In this document: in pieces, positions 22,741 through 32,853 of the stretch
How positions within the stretch are numbered: the first letter of the stretch is position 1
Layout: each line of letters opens with the position of its first letter
DNA from: Candidatus Poriferihabitaceae bacterium
Lineage (GTDB): Bacteria; Pseudomonadota; Gammaproteobacteria; Arenicellales; Poriferihabitantaceae
Reading direction: 5' to 3'
Assembly (NCBI GenBank): GCA_965237995.1
Contig: CBDEGO010000003.1
Coordinates: forward strand, 45,463 to 109,462
DNA length: 64,000 nt
Position numbers and translations under genes: made by a program
The notes under the pieces: model-generated
Seen by the model: the letters and a program-made list of their open reading frames with translations, nothing else
Told to the model about the DNA's origin: nothing
Database searches by the model: none

Positions 22741-23844
22741 CTAATGCTTTGGCAAAGGCGGCGGTAATGAACTCCAAATCGGGCCTAGCTCTTGTAGATC
22801 GCGTGCCTGGCGCCATTTACGCATGCCTTCGCGCCACACCAAGGTTGTCTTGGTTAAGGTTCCATTTGCCGCTTGATCGTGCAATTCGTGTTCATCATAA
22901 GGCCCAGCGCGCTTATCATTAATGACTAAATAGTAGCTTACTGGTTTTAACGGAAGCGGTGGCACTTGACCATCACTCGCTGGCGCCGCGTTTAAGGCTT
23001 TGCCTAATTTGTCTGCCATTGCAACACCCATTCCCATTCCCAAACCGGCGGCCATTGTGCCGCCGCCCGGGTTGCGCGCGGCTTCACCAATAGCATCAGC
23101 GGTTTGGTATTGCGTGTAGGTATCTAGGTCTTTAACTACTCCCATGCTAGTACGCTTATCGAGTGCCGCTTCTACTTCGTCTGGTAGGGAGATATTTTCT
23201 ACTAATAATTGCGTGATGGTTAAACCGTAGTTTTCAAACTCTGGATTGATGTTTTGTGCCAGAAAGTCACCTAATTTGTTGTAGTTGGCAGCCATGTCTA
23301 ATACAGGGATCTTAGAATTAGAAATAATATCTGCAAACCGCGAAGTAATGATATTGCGTAACTGATCAGTAATTTCATCGCTGGTGAAATAACCGGCAGT
23401 GCCAGCAATTTCTCGTAAGAACTTAGCTGGTTCGGCAATTTTCATGCTGTAGGTGCCGAATGCCCGCAACCGCAAAGGCCCGAACTCTGCGTCGCGCATC
23501 ATCAAAGGCTTTTTGGTGCCCCATTTTAAATCGGTAAATTGCTTGGCGCTAAGGAAGTAAACCTCGGCTTTGAAGGGGCTATCAAACCCGTGCGGCCATG
23601 CTTGTAAATTGCTTAAAATCGGTAAATTTGCCGTTTCTAATTGATATAAGCCTGGAGGAAAAACATCCGCTATTTGTCCTTCATTAACGAACACGGCCAT
23701 TTGCGATTCGCGCACTGTAAGCATGGCGCCATGCTTTATTTCATTATCTTCACGCTCAAATCGATACACCATGACATCGTCGTCATCAGCAGTCCATTCT
23801 ATTACATCAATAAATTGACCTGTTATTAAATCCCAAAGACCCAT
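22741..23844 (-). CDS. SPFH/Band-7 domain protein with C-terminal GYF_2-like domain (YdjI-like)
   Basis: N-terminus MGLWDLITGQFIDVIEW...MVYRFEREDNEIKHGAMLTVRESQMAVFVNEGQ is typical of YdjI-type SPFH proteins. C-terminus YYLVINDKRAGPYDEHELHDQAANGTLTKTTLVWREGMRKWRQA is GYF_2-like. Confidence 0.8.
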   Translation of the reverse strand: MGLWDLITGQFIDVIEWTADDDDVMVYRFEREDNEIKHGAMLTVRESQMAVFVNEGQIADVFPPGLYQLETANLPILSNLQAWPHGFDSPFKAEVYFLSAKQFTDLKWGTKKPLMMRDAEFGPLRLRAFGTYSMKIAEPAKFLREIAGTAGYFTSDEITDQLRNIITSRFADIISNSKIPVLDMAANYNKLGDFLAQNINPEFENYGLTITQLLVENISLPDEVEAALDKRTSMGVVKDLDTYTQYQTADAIGEAARNPGGGTMAAGLGMGMGVAMADKLGKALNAAPASDGQVPPLPLKPVSYYLVINDKRAGPYDEHELHDQAANGTLTKTTLVWREGMRKWRQARDLQELGPIWSSLPPPLPKH

Positions 23845-23847
23845 TGG

Positions 23848-25044
23848 TTACGCCTTTTTTTCTGTTGCTGTCTCACCTTCTACTTCGATCGCATCGTCGG
23901 CGACATCGGCAACTTTTGGTGTGCTCGTGGCAGCAAGCAGCTTAGCTTTTAATTGGCTTTCAATTTCTTGAAGTTCTACCACTGCTTCTGCCCGACGGCG
24001 CTTACCTTCGTCGGCAATTTGTAAGCTGTCTTCTATAGTTGCAATTAGCTTTTCGTTAGCCGATTTCACCGTGTCTAAGTCGAAAACACCACGCTCAATT
24101 TGCTCGCGTACTTCGCGATTAGCGGTTTGTAAGTTTTCTGCATTCTTTTCTAGTAATTCATTAGTTAGATCAGCTGCTTCACGTACCGTTTCTGCAGCCG
24201 CTTTTGAACGTTGAATGGTCACCGCCTGTGCAAGTTGCTGCTTCCACAAAGGAACGGTGTTTGCGACTGTGGATTGAATTTTACGGATCAAGCCTTTATC
24301 ATTTTCTTGCACCAAGCGGATACTTGGTAAACCCTGTAGTGTTACCTGTCTTGTTAGGCGTAAGTCGTGTACGCGGCGTTCTAGATCATCGCGCATAGTG
24401 CGTAAATCACGCAACTGCTGCGCTTTAATCATGTCGTCACTTTCTTGTGCTTCCGCAGCTAAGGCAGGAATGACTGTTTGGCTAAGTTCTTTGAGCTTTT
24501 CGTCACCCGCAACGATGTAATTTTCTAAATCGTGAAAGTATTGCAAGCTTGATTCATATAGACGATCTAGCGTTGCGATGTCTGTTAATAACTGGGTTTT
24601 GTGCCCCTCTAAGCTATCGGTAATAACATCGATTTGAGAACGAATCTCTTCGTATTCTTGTAAAAATTTGACAACAGGCTTAGCCCCACTAAACCATCTG
24701 GCGAAAAACCCCGGGTTAACAGCTAGCTTGTCAGCACCAAAGCCGCGCAATGTTGCTACCATATTACTTAGCGATCCAGCTGCTGGCCCAATGTCTTTGT
24801 TTCGCACGCCTTCAAGCATGCTATCAGCAAGGGTGGTTAGGTCAGTCTGAGCTTTAGTACCAAAAAAGATAATCGAGTTGCTATCATTTAAGTCGATCTC
24901 ATTTTTAAGCGCCTCTATGGTCTCTTGTTGCGATTGGTTTAACAACTCAAGAGGCTTAATTTCGTCGGCGATGACGGGTAATTGCTTTTCAGCAACTGAC
25001 TCAACATCGATAGTTTTTACTGCCGTTACGGTGCTTTCACTCAT
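23848..25044 (-). CDS. toxic anion resistance protein (TelA/YaaN family)
   Basis: 398 aa, helical, with TelA-like regions (DLNDSNSIIFFGTKAQTDL..., GPAAGSLSNMVATLRGF). The start lies 1 nt after the XpaC-like stop. Confidence 0.8.
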   Translation of the reverse strand: MSESTVTAVKTIDVESVAEKQLPVIADEIKPLELLNQSQQETIEALKNEIDLNDSNSIIFFGTKAQTDLTTLADSMLEGVRNKDIGPAAGSLSNMVATLRGFGADKLAVNPGFFARWFSGAKPVVKFLQEYEEIRSQIDVITDSLEGHKTQLLTDIATLDRLYESSLQYFHDLENYIVAGDEKLKELSQTVIPALAAEAQESDDMIKAQQLRDLRTMRDDLERRVHDLRLTRQVTLQGLPSIRLVQENDKGLIRKIQSTVANTVPLWKQQLAQAVTIQRSKAAAETVREAADLTNELLEKNAENLQTANREVREQIERGVFDLDTVKSANEKLIATIEDSLQIADEGKRRRAEAVVELQEIESQLKAKLLAATSTPKVADVADDAIEVEGETATEKKA

Positions 25045-25045
25045 T

Positions 25046-25882
25046 TTAGGTTATCCCCTCGTGTTTAAGTTGTGTTTGCAGTACTTCGATCTGCACATCT
25101 AATTCCAGAACGTCATCGTCTAACAACTTTTGCCGTTGTTCATCGATTACGTTTTCGATTGTATCTAAAACAGTGGTCAGATTGCTTTCCAATGTTTGGT
25201 TGTCTTGCAGATGCTTAGCATTGCTGTATTTATGCGCGACCTTTTGCGCGCCATCTAAGTAGACTTTTAAAAATTTTCGTGCTCTACGTAAATCTTTCGG
25301 ATCATCTTCTATAATCTCTAATATTCCACGCGTATTATTGGCGACCCGATTCAGCCGCGATCTTAACTCTGTATTGTCGATGTTCTTGGCTGAGTTTTCA
25401 ATCGACTCTATTTTGGCTTGCGCTTCATCAAGGGCGTCGATAATTTCATCAGCAGTAACACCCACTAAACCTTTAGAGTGGTCTTCATAGTGTGGGTCCA
25501 TACCATAGAGCATTAACATGCCTGCAAAAGAAACAATGCCTAAGCCAAGTGCGTTAAGTAAAGGTGATTCAACTACAAAATAACTCAATATTAGGGTAGC
25601 TAACGCCGTAAATAAGGCGGCAGATAGTCGCCAAGGCTTGCGCGTAGGGCGTGCCCATTTACGACGTTGCGCTTTATGCTGATAATAATCGGCGCGGTGT
25701 AAAAAATAAGCGCTTAAACCGTATAAGCAAGCAGCACCAAAACTAATAAAGAACGCGATGTATTGGTTTTTTGATAAGGTAGCCAGTAGAGTGACGACTA
25801 GTGGCAGCGGTAACAAGTAAGGCAGAATAGGCCCAACGGATGTCGATCTGTTTTTAATTTTTGTTCTGTATGGCGTTGGCAT
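25046..25882 (-). CDS. XpaC-like (5-bromo-4-chloroindolyl phosphate hydrolysis family) membrane protein
   Basis: N-terminal TM helices and a helical C-terminal domain. Pairing immediately upstream of TelA matches Bacillus xpaC-yaaN. Confidence 0.6.
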   Translation of the reverse strand: MPTPYRTKIKNRSTSVGPILPYLLPLPLVVTLLATLSKNQYIAFFISFGAACLYGLSAYFLHRADYYQHKAQRRKWARPTRKPWRLSAALFTALATLILSYFVVESPLLNALGLGIVSFAGMLMLYGMDPHYEDHSKGLVGVTADEIIDALDEAQAKIESIENSAKNIDNTELRSRLNRVANNTRGILEIIEDDPKDLRRARKFLKVYLDGAQKVAHKYSNAKHLQDNQTLESNLTTVLDTIENVIDEQRQKLLDDDVLELDVQIEVLQTQLKHEGIT

Positions 25883-26164
25883 GTTTTTATACGATGCTCT
25901 TCAACGCGGATGCGCAACTCACTAAAGTGACTGAACCGACTAGCAATATAAACCCCAGGGTTTTAATGATAATGGGCAAGGCTTTAGGAGCAGGTGTTGA
26001 AGTTTTATCGAGTTTGTTATCGTCCATTGCGGTTTATTCGACTAGATAATCAGTGGTTATATCAAATATTACGAATAATTGCCATAAAAACAGCAACTTA
26101 TGTATAACTAATCGGGCTAGGTTAAGTTTCTAAGTAACAAAGATATAGATAGTACACTAACACG

Positions 26165-27040
26165 ATGAAATTGGGCATACAGACAGGATTCATCACTTCA
26201 GTATTGTTATGTGTTTGGGCAATAATGATTGGGGTTGTTCACGCAGAGGAAACCCCACGACTGCTATTGGCGAACAAATACCGCCAGGGCGTTGATATAC
26301 GTGACTATTGGGTAAGCGAAAAGCTCGATGGTGTTCGCGCTTACTGGGATGGGGAACAGTTATTGTCCAGACAAGGGAATGTATTTTCTGCCCCAATTTG
26401 GTTTACCTCTGGCTTGCCTAGCGTTCCATTAGATGGTGAATTGTGGATCGGACGCAAACAATTTGAGGCAACTTTAAGCGCAGTGAGTAAACAAATACCC
26501 AATGATGCTCAATGGGAAAAAATAAATTATATGCTGTTTGAGTTGCCTGAGGCGAAGGGCACATTCACAGAACGACTACAGGTATTAGAACAGTTAGTAA
26601 TGAATGCTAATGTGGCTTATTTACGGCTAATTCATCAGACAAGAGTCGACGATGACAAAAACTTACAAGCTTTATTAGATGATGTGCTGGACAAAGGCGG
26701 TGAAGGTTTAATGTTGCACCGAGCGGAGGCGCTTTATCAGTCAGGTCGAAGCAATGACTTGCTTAAACTAAAAAAGCACGACGATGCAGAAGCCATTGTC
26801 ATTGCCCATCTAGAAGGGAAGGGTAAATACGTTGGCAAACTTGGGGCGCTGTTGTTACGGACACCTGAAGGCTTGGAATTTAAAGTGGGAAGCGGCTTTA
26901 GCGATGTACAGCGTGATAACCCGCCTAAGCTCGGATGCCAAGTGACTTATAAATTTTATGGGTTGACTCGTCGAGGTGTACCGCGTTTTGCGAGTTTCTT
27001 GCGTAAAGCTCCAAGAGACCCTAACCCAGAGTGCCATTGA
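26165..27040 (+). CDS. minimal ATP-dependent DNA ligase with N-terminal signal peptide (Lig E type)
   Basis: Hydrophobic leader MKLGIQTGFITSVLLCVWAIMIGVVHA, adenylation motif I SEKLDGVRAYW, motif EGLMLH, motif LLKLKK and a short OB domain. About 260 aa mature size. Confidence 0.85.
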   Translation: MKLGIQTGFITSVLLCVWAIMIGVVHAEETPRLLLANKYRQGVDIRDYWVSEKLDGVRAYWDGEQLLSRQGNVFSAPIWFTSGLPSVPLDGELWIGRKQFEATLSAVSKQIPNDAQWEKINYMLFELPEAKGTFTERLQVLEQLVMNANVAYLRLIHQTRVDDDKNLQALLDDVLDKGGEGLMLHRAEALYQSGRSNDLLKLKKHDDAEAIVIAHLEGKGKYVGKLGALLLRTPEGLEFKVGSGFSDVQRDNPPKLGCQVTYKFYGLTRRGVPRFASFLRKAPRDPNPECH

Positions 27041-27208
27041 AATGATAAAAATAGCTTCATTTAGAATAAATTATTCTATATTTAAGATTAGATGTGTATT
27101 ATAACTAATTAATATTACTAAATTAAATCACAATTTAATGTAATTTCTATGAAAGATCACAAAATGTAATATAGTCTGTATTTAATTTGCAATAGAGTAA
27201 GTGTCGTT

Positions 27209-28054
27209 ATGAAAAGCTTTTCTAATTCAGCTAAAAAACGCCAACCTGCTAAACCGATTGTTTGTTACTCGGTTGACCAGCTGCCGAGATTCGATGCCGC
27301 ATTCTATGAAAAAGCCCGAGCATCTATGCAGCAAATTGATGAAGTGTTGATAAAGCCACGAGATGCCTCTACATTTACGGTGCCAGCAGGTCACTTGTTT
27401 AGAATTGTAGGGACTCAAGGCCCGCAAGTAGGCGACTTAAATCTTTGGAGCGCGAATAATTTAGAAGAGCGATTTTTTAGCGGCAAAACACGGCAACTGC
27501 ATGCATCCCACCTAACGACTGGTGACCGTCTCTGGAGTAGTATTCCTTATATGCGCCCGATGGCAACCATTACTCACGACACTTTGGGTTGGTACGGTTG
27601 GGACGAAGATGGCGCGGGCGTGCATGATGTCATCGGTACGCGCTGCGACCCTTATACTAACTATTTACTTAAAGAAGAAGATTACGATTACTGTTGCCAT
27701 TCTAACTTAACCCGCGCCTTGGCGAAGGCGAAAGATATGCCGCTTGAAGAAGCAGAGTTGCATGTGCATGATGTGATGAACGTATTCATGTGCACCGGGT
27801 TTTCGAAGAAAACCAAACAATACTTTATGAAGGCTAGCCCCGTTAGACCAGGTGACTATATTGAGTTTTTCGCTGAAATAGATTTACTGGGGGCACTTTC
27901 TGCTTGCCCAGGCGGCGATTGTGGCAGTAGCCATTCAGATGATAAGACGGTTTGTTATCCGTTAATCGTGGAGATTTACAAGCCTTCTGAAGACACCTTG
28001 ATCGGATGGCAATCACCGCCTAAGAATAGCTATGCTGGTCGTCACGGCAGTTAA
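27209..28054 (+). CDS. DUF1989 (urea-carboxylase-associated / TMAO-demethylase N-domain-like) protein
   Basis: 281 aa. The regions IKPRDASTFTVPAGHLFRIVGTQGPQVGDLNLW and Cys/His-rich YDYCCHSNL...CPGGDCGSSH resemble the DUF1989 family. Confidence 0.65.
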   Translation: MKSFSNSAKKRQPAKPIVCYSVDQLPRFDAAFYEKARASMQQIDEVLIKPRDASTFTVPAGHLFRIVGTQGPQVGDLNLWSANNLEERFFSGKTRQLHASHLTTGDRLWSSIPYMRPMATITHDTLGWYGWDEDGAGVHDVIGTRCDPYTNYLLKEEDYDYCCHSNLTRALAKAKDMPLEEAELHVHDVMNVFMCTGFSKKTKQYFMKASPVRPGDYIEFFAEIDLLGALSACPGGDCGSSHSDDKTVCYPLIVEIYKPSEDTLIGWQSPPKNSYAGRHGS

Positions 28055-28121
28055 TTGAATCCTCTATTAGAAAACAAGTGTTCTCTTAATTAAAAGCTGT
28101 CTACAAAACCCAAAATAAAAA

Positions 28122-28140
28122 GGGAAGGCGAAGGCTTCCC
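28122..28140. terminator. bidirectional terminator between convergent DUF1989 and FMO genes
   Basis: aaaataaaaa-GGGAAG-gcgaagg-CTTCCC-aaatttttatt: hairpin with an A-run on one side and a T-run on the other. Confidence 0.6.
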
Positions 28141-28171
28141 AAATTTTTATTGTCGGTTTAACTAATTCTAG

Positions 28172-29512
28172 TTAAGTTTTCAAGTAAGACTCCAAAGAGT
28201 CATCTAGTGCCTCTTTCCAAGGAGTATGATGAGCAGGGGCAACTGTTCCAGTTAAGGCAGACTTATAACCATTGTCGCGAAAAGTCATGATGTTTTTCTT
28301 TTTGTGCTTCTTCCATTGGTAGAATGCCTCGTTTGATTCTTCCGTATCGAAGTCAGGGTAATCAGTCATTGCCATCAAGCGCATGGTGTAATCACCTTGA
28401 TATTTGATGGCTCCATAGTCATCTGGAATGTTGTCTTCGCTTTCACGCCACTTGTCGATATCTGCATGCATTTCAGCTTGCGACGGCACGTTAATTCGAC
28501 CCATAATTACATCGCGCGCGTACCAGGCTTGTGCGTCGAACATATTGAAGGTGTACCACTGGTCTTGCATGCCAAGATACATCAGCTTTGGGTTATGTTC
28601 CCAAACTACGCCATTGTATAAGTTAACAGGGTACAAGCGATTATTGGTTTTTAGCTTCAGGTTTTCTGCCATAAATGGGAAGTGGTGCAAATAACCCGTG
28701 CATAGCAATATGGCATCAATGGTTTTTGTAGAACCATCTTTAAACGTAGCGATATTATTCTCCACCTTCGTTAACAAGGGAACTTCCTCCCAGTTATCTG
28801 GCCAGTCATAGCCCATCGGCGCGGTGCGGTGCGAAACAGTGATGGATTTAGCGCCGTACTTCCAGCACTGAGAACCAATGTCTTCGGCAGAATACGATGT
28901 ACCAACGATGAGTACATCTTTATCTTTAAACTCTAGGGCATCACGAAAATCATGTGCATGCATAACTCGGCCATTAAAAGATTCAAACCCTTCAAAGTGT
29001 GGAACATTTGGCGTGGAGAAGTGGCCACTGGCAACGATGACGTGATCAAACTCTTCAGTATATTCAATGTCCTTAACATGATCTTGAACAGTAACATGGA
29101 ACATGCCTTCACCCTCATCGTACGATACGTGCCGCACAGGTGAATTAAAGCGGATCATATGACGTACTCCTGCTTTCTTTACTCGACCTTCAATGTAGTC
29201 AAACAACACCGCACGGGGAGGGTATGAAGCAATAGGGCGTCCAAAGTGTTCTTCAAATGAATAATCAGCAAACTCTAGGCCTTCTTTCGGGCCATTTGAC
29301 CACAAATATCGGTACATACTGCCGTGAACAGGCTCGCCGTATTCATCTAAACCAGTACGCCAAGTGTAGTTCCACAGCCCACCCCAGTTAGATTGCTTTT
29401 CAAAACACACAACATCGAGGATATCCGCGCCTTTTTCTTTTGCTGATTGAAAAGCGCGTAATTGCGCTAGGCCACTGGGCCCAGCGCCAATAATTGCAAC
29501 ACGTTTAGTCAT
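28172..29512 (-). CDS. tmm: flavin-containing monooxygenase (trimethylamine monooxygenase-like)
   Basis: FAD motif GAGPSG, FMO-identifying motif [11 protein letters not shown] (FxGxxxHxxxF/Y), NADPH motif GTSYSAED, 446 aa. Confidence 0.75.
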   Translation of the reverse strand: MTKRVAIIGAGPSGLAQLRAFQSAKEKGADILDVVCFEKQSNWGGLWNYTWRTGLDEYGEPVHGSMYRYLWSNGPKEGLEFADYSFEEHFGRPIASYPPRAVLFDYIEGRVKKAGVRHMIRFNSPVRHVSYDEGEGMFHVTVQDHVKDIEYTEEFDHVIVASGHFSTPNVPHFEGFESFNGRVMHAHDFRDALEFKDKDVLIVGTSYSAEDIGSQCWKYGAKSITVSHRTAPMGYDWPDNWEEVPLLTKVENNIATFKDGSTKTIDAILLCTGYLHHFPFMAENLKLKTNNRLYPVNLYNGVVWEHNPKLMYLGMQDQWYTFNMFDAQAWYARDVIMGRINVPSQAEMHADIDKWRESEDNIPDDYGAIKYQGDYTMRLMAMTDYPDFDTEESNEAFYQWKKHKKKNIMTFRDNGYKSALTGTVAPAHHTPWKEALDDSLESYLKT

Positions 29513-29745
29513 TGGTTTCTCCTTTGATAGCCTATTAATTTTTAAGTAGTTTTTAGGTTAGTCGGTCGTTACCGATTCTAGAGTATACAGATTGGCCACT
29601 TTCTGCGCTATGATGGAAATCTCGCTAATGGAAAGGATTAAAAGGGCGCATTAGTTTGTTGGGCACGCTGTTGTAAGTCGGCGTGGGTAGCTAATTACAA
29701 ATGCAGCAGATCGTTGCTAATTGAACAAACAGGCAACGAGCATGG

Positions 29746-30927
29746 TCATCCATCCTTAACGCTAAACGGTTCCGCTCTTACCGTGGTTAATTCGATTAAA
29801 CGACCGAAGCCTGTTCTAGTTGTCGGTAAGCCTCCGTGCATGGTGCCAGCATATATTTTTCCAGCGTGTGCATTTAATGCCCATAACCCTTCTTCATTGG
29901 GAAAGTTGGTTAATTCCCGCCATGATGAGGTATTGCTTGGTTTTATCAGTAGGGCGCTACCAGTCATGCCGGGCTTGGACTTAAACCCAGTTGATGCTGC
30001 GGCTAACACGACAGGTTGTTTATTATTGGCTGTGTAGCCAAGCTCAAAATCAGTGATATGACTATATTTGCCATTTTGGTATTCCTCGGTGAGCGAACCA
30101 TTTGCAAGAGTCCAAATGCCTGTATGGCCATCTTTAATTCCATATTTTGCTGTACCCAGCCATAAGGTATTGTCGATAGACTTTGCGCGAAACACCCGCG
30201 TATTTACACCAAATAGCGCATTACTCGGTGTGCTAGTCCAAGTAGTGCCATTACTTGATTCGTGCCACAAGCCTTGACCGCCACGAACTGAAAAGCCATA
30301 TAGTTTGTTTTGATGAGAAACGATTTCCCTAATATAACCAGGATCATTGACGAACTGCGCTTTTTCCCAACTATTCGGGTCGCCGCTGGAGGTATATAAC
30401 ACCTCTCCCTTTTCATTTGGACCAACATGCGTGGCCGTTGCGGTATATAACCGATGTTTATGTATTTCTAACGTGCAGGCAACGGGGTAGCGCCCTTGAT
30501 AAACGAATGTCCAATCGATGCCATTTGCGCTACGAAATATACGCCCCTTGTCTTCGGTCGCTGCGTATAAATGGCCTTTAAACTTTTTAAGGGCGCAAAC
30601 AGATTCTGCGCTACCCAAGGCTTGTTGTGATAAACCCTTCACTTCGCTTAACTGTTGGTTTGTAGAGGTATATCGATAAACCATGCCGGTGCTGGGGCTG
30701 TTGCCATATCCAAACATACCGATATAGAGTGCGCCGTTAAAGCTCTCCATTGAAAACACACCACCATTGGTTTTTACTACCTTGTCCAGTTCGCTGCTGC
30801 TGGCAACAGCAGGCGTGACAGGTGCTGTGGTGCACGCCGTCAATGAGCAACTTATGAGTAGGGTTCTGAGTAAATTCTTGCTAAGACCTCTAACTTTAAG
30901 CGGTAATTTATGGTTTAAGTTATGCAA
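29746..30927 (-). CDS. beta-propeller lipoprotein (function unknown)
   Basis: Lipobox LISCSLTAC. About six repeats of the pattern G-x-LY-(A/G)-(T/A)...G-x-(I/L)-(F/W/Y)-x-S-x-(N/D)G-x-x-W. TTG start. Confidence 0.55.
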   Translation of the reverse strand: MHNLNHKLPLKVRGLSKNLLRTLLISCSLTACTTAPVTPAVASSSELDKVVKTNGGVFSMESFNGALYIGMFGYGNSPSTGMVYRYTSTNQQLSEVKGLSQQALGSAESVCALKKFKGHLYAATEDKGRIFRSANGIDWTFVYQGRYPVACTLEIHKHRLYTATATHVGPNEKGEVLYTSSGDPNSWEKAQFVNDPGYIREIVSHQNKLYGFSVRGGQGLWHESSNGTTWTSTPSNALFGVNTRVFRAKSIDNTLWLGTAKYGIKDGHTGIWTLANGSLTEEYQNGKYSHITDFELGYTANNKQPVVLAAASTGFKSKPGMTGSALLIKPSNTSSWRELTNFPNEEGLWALNAHAGKIYAGTMHGGLPTTRTGFGRLIELTTVRAEPFSVKDG

Positions 30928-30961
30928 TTAAGTAATTGAAAAATATTATTATTCTAATAAT

Positions 30962-30990
30962 AATTCATTACGCTTAATTCGTAATGAATT
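30962..30990 (-). terminator. hairpin downstream of the CMD-family gene
   Basis: Perfect 11-bp stem AATTCATTACG-cttaatt-CGTAATGAATT in an AT-rich spacer. It could also be an operator for the propeller gene. Confidence 0.45.
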
Positions 30991-31097
30991 AAACATGAAC
31001 TTATGTTTAATAATACCAAGCATCACTTACATCAAAACCATATGATGCAATTACAAGTAAGCTATACATTCATAACGCGCCAATGTGTAAGCAGTAT

Positions 31098-31478
31098 CTA
31101 CAGCAAGCCTTCTTCTTCTAATACTTTGCGCGCCACCTTAAAACATTGAATACCTTGTGGAACGCCACAGTAGATTGAAATAACGTGCACGATTGCGCGT
31201 ATTTCTTCTACGGAGCAACCATTTTTAATCGCGCCACGGCAGTGAATTTCCCATTCATGCATTTTATCGAGTGCGCCAATCATACTTAAGTTCATCATCG
31301 AACGAGTTTTTGCATCGATGGCATCATCACCCCAGCCAAATCCCCAGCACCAGGCTGTCATTGCTTCTTGAAAGGGCCGAGTAAAGTCATCGGCAGCGGC
31401 TAGGTTCTTCTCTACATACTCTGCGCCTAAGGTTGCTTTGCGCTGGCTTAAGCCAGTTTCAAATAAATCGTTGTTCAT
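31098..31478 (-). CDS. carboxymuconolactone decarboxylase (CMD/AhpD-like) family protein
   Basis: 126 aa. N-terminal FETGLSQRKATLGAEYVEKNL and TAWCWGFGWGD...SMMNLSMIGAL regions are typical of gamma-CMD family proteins. Confidence 0.75.
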   Translation of the reverse strand: MNNDLFETGLSQRKATLGAEYVEKNLAAADDFTRPFQEAMTAWCWGFGWGDDAIDAKTRSMMNLSMIGALDKMHEWEIHCRGAIKNGCSVEEIRAIVHVISIYCGVPQGIQCFKVARKVLEEEGLL

Positions 31479-31653
31479 TGGGTAGTTTTAAGTTAAAAAT
31501 GAAGTTTTGATATTACCAATAATATATCGGCGACAGCACCTTCTTGACCGTAGCTAATCGCAATCAATTGGCTCTGGTTACAGGTCTACTAGCAGTTAGC
31601 GCGTTAGGCTAGAGTGATATATTATCGAAACCTTAAAGTTATCTAATTTAGTC

Positions 31654-32649
31654 ATGGATCAATCAATTATCTTACACAGGTACCCGCAAACCATATCTGA
31701 CTTTGACCAGATTGACGATGATGTAGATTTTGACCCTGGTAAGCACCTTGCTTTGACGATGCCAGATTCGACCTTGTCACTAACTGAGTTGGGTTACGGA
31801 CAAGAAATACAAGGGTCTACGCCGTCTACAATTGCAGCCAGCACCTGCTTTAGGGTGTTAAGTGAGGAAGGCGTGTTAGCTTTACAGCATGTTTGTCGGC
31901 AACTAAAGGCGTTTTCAAGCTCGAACCCAAGAATAGAATGTAACACTCGCGGCGGCGTATATCGCTCTCGATTTCTTCGAGACTTAAGTGTGTCGCCGCT
32001 AGTAACGGAGCATCTTTCAAAGATTATGCAAACACCATTGTACCCACATGCGATGGGCCATCAGCTAGCTCATTTAAATTATGCACCCGAAACAGTTGGC
32101 ACAAACGTCGATAAATGGCATTACGATACGCTACAAGTAGATTACGTGATGTTTGTGACTGACCCTAAGTCGGTGAAAGGGGGCAAGTTTCAATATTTTA
32201 CGGGCACAAGGGATGAGTTTGCTGCCATCAAATCGGCGGGAGGCGTGGTACCCAAAGAGCGTATCTTATCTCCAGAGATGCCCGGACCAGGCTACGCCAT
32301 CGTGATGCAAGGTAACTACGTAGTGCATCAGGCAACCGCATTACAAGAAGCTGCGGAGCGCATAACGTTGGTTAATGGTTATTCCTACGCGGATATGCAA
32401 ATCCCTGATTACACCGCACTTGGCCAATTAGTACATGCGGATGCTTTGGGCGTAGCCGCTTCTGAATACAGTCGACATGTCGGCTTGCGCTGCGCGCAAA
32501 AATTAGCACCGGTGGTCAATTCAATGAATGGTGACGCTACTTTGGAATCCCGAATTACAACTTTACGAGAAGTTAAAACGGAATTAGAGCAAGCAATTGT
32601 TCAGTTGGAAACTTGTCAATCAGAAGAGATGCGACACTTTGGTGACTGA
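31654..32649 (+). CDS. hypothetical protein (possible Fe(II)/2OG-dioxygenase-like HxD...H arrangement)
   Basis: 331-aa ORF with KWHYDTLQVDYVMF (HxD) and a later VVHQAT His. The fold assignment is weak. Confidence 0.45.
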   Translation: MDQSIILHRYPQTISDFDQIDDDVDFDPGKHLALTMPDSTLSLTELGYGQEIQGSTPSTIAASTCFRVLSEEGVLALQHVCRQLKAFSSSNPRIECNTRGGVYRSRFLRDLSVSPLVTEHLSKIMQTPLYPHAMGHQLAHLNYAPETVGTNVDKWHYDTLQVDYVMFVTDPKSVKGGKFQYFTGTRDEFAAIKSAGGVVPKERILSPEMPGPGYAIVMQGNYVVHQATALQEAAERITLVNGYSYADMQIPDYTALGQLVHADALGVAASEYSRHVGLRCAQKLAPVVNSMNGDATLESRITTLREVKTELEQAIVQLETCQSEEMRHFGD

Positions 32650-32853
32650 AAGAATATAAATACACTGAAGAGTTGAAGTAAACTGATTCGACTATTTGCT
32701 TAATAAGCACAGGGAAAATCACAGCTAAGCGTCTATTGACGTTTGACTTTTGCAACCATCAAAAACATACTCATTAGAGGCAGTCATTAGCTCTTCAATG
32801 CGACAGAGTGAGCAAATTTTATCTAAGGGTTTTACAGGAGAAGACAAAATTTA

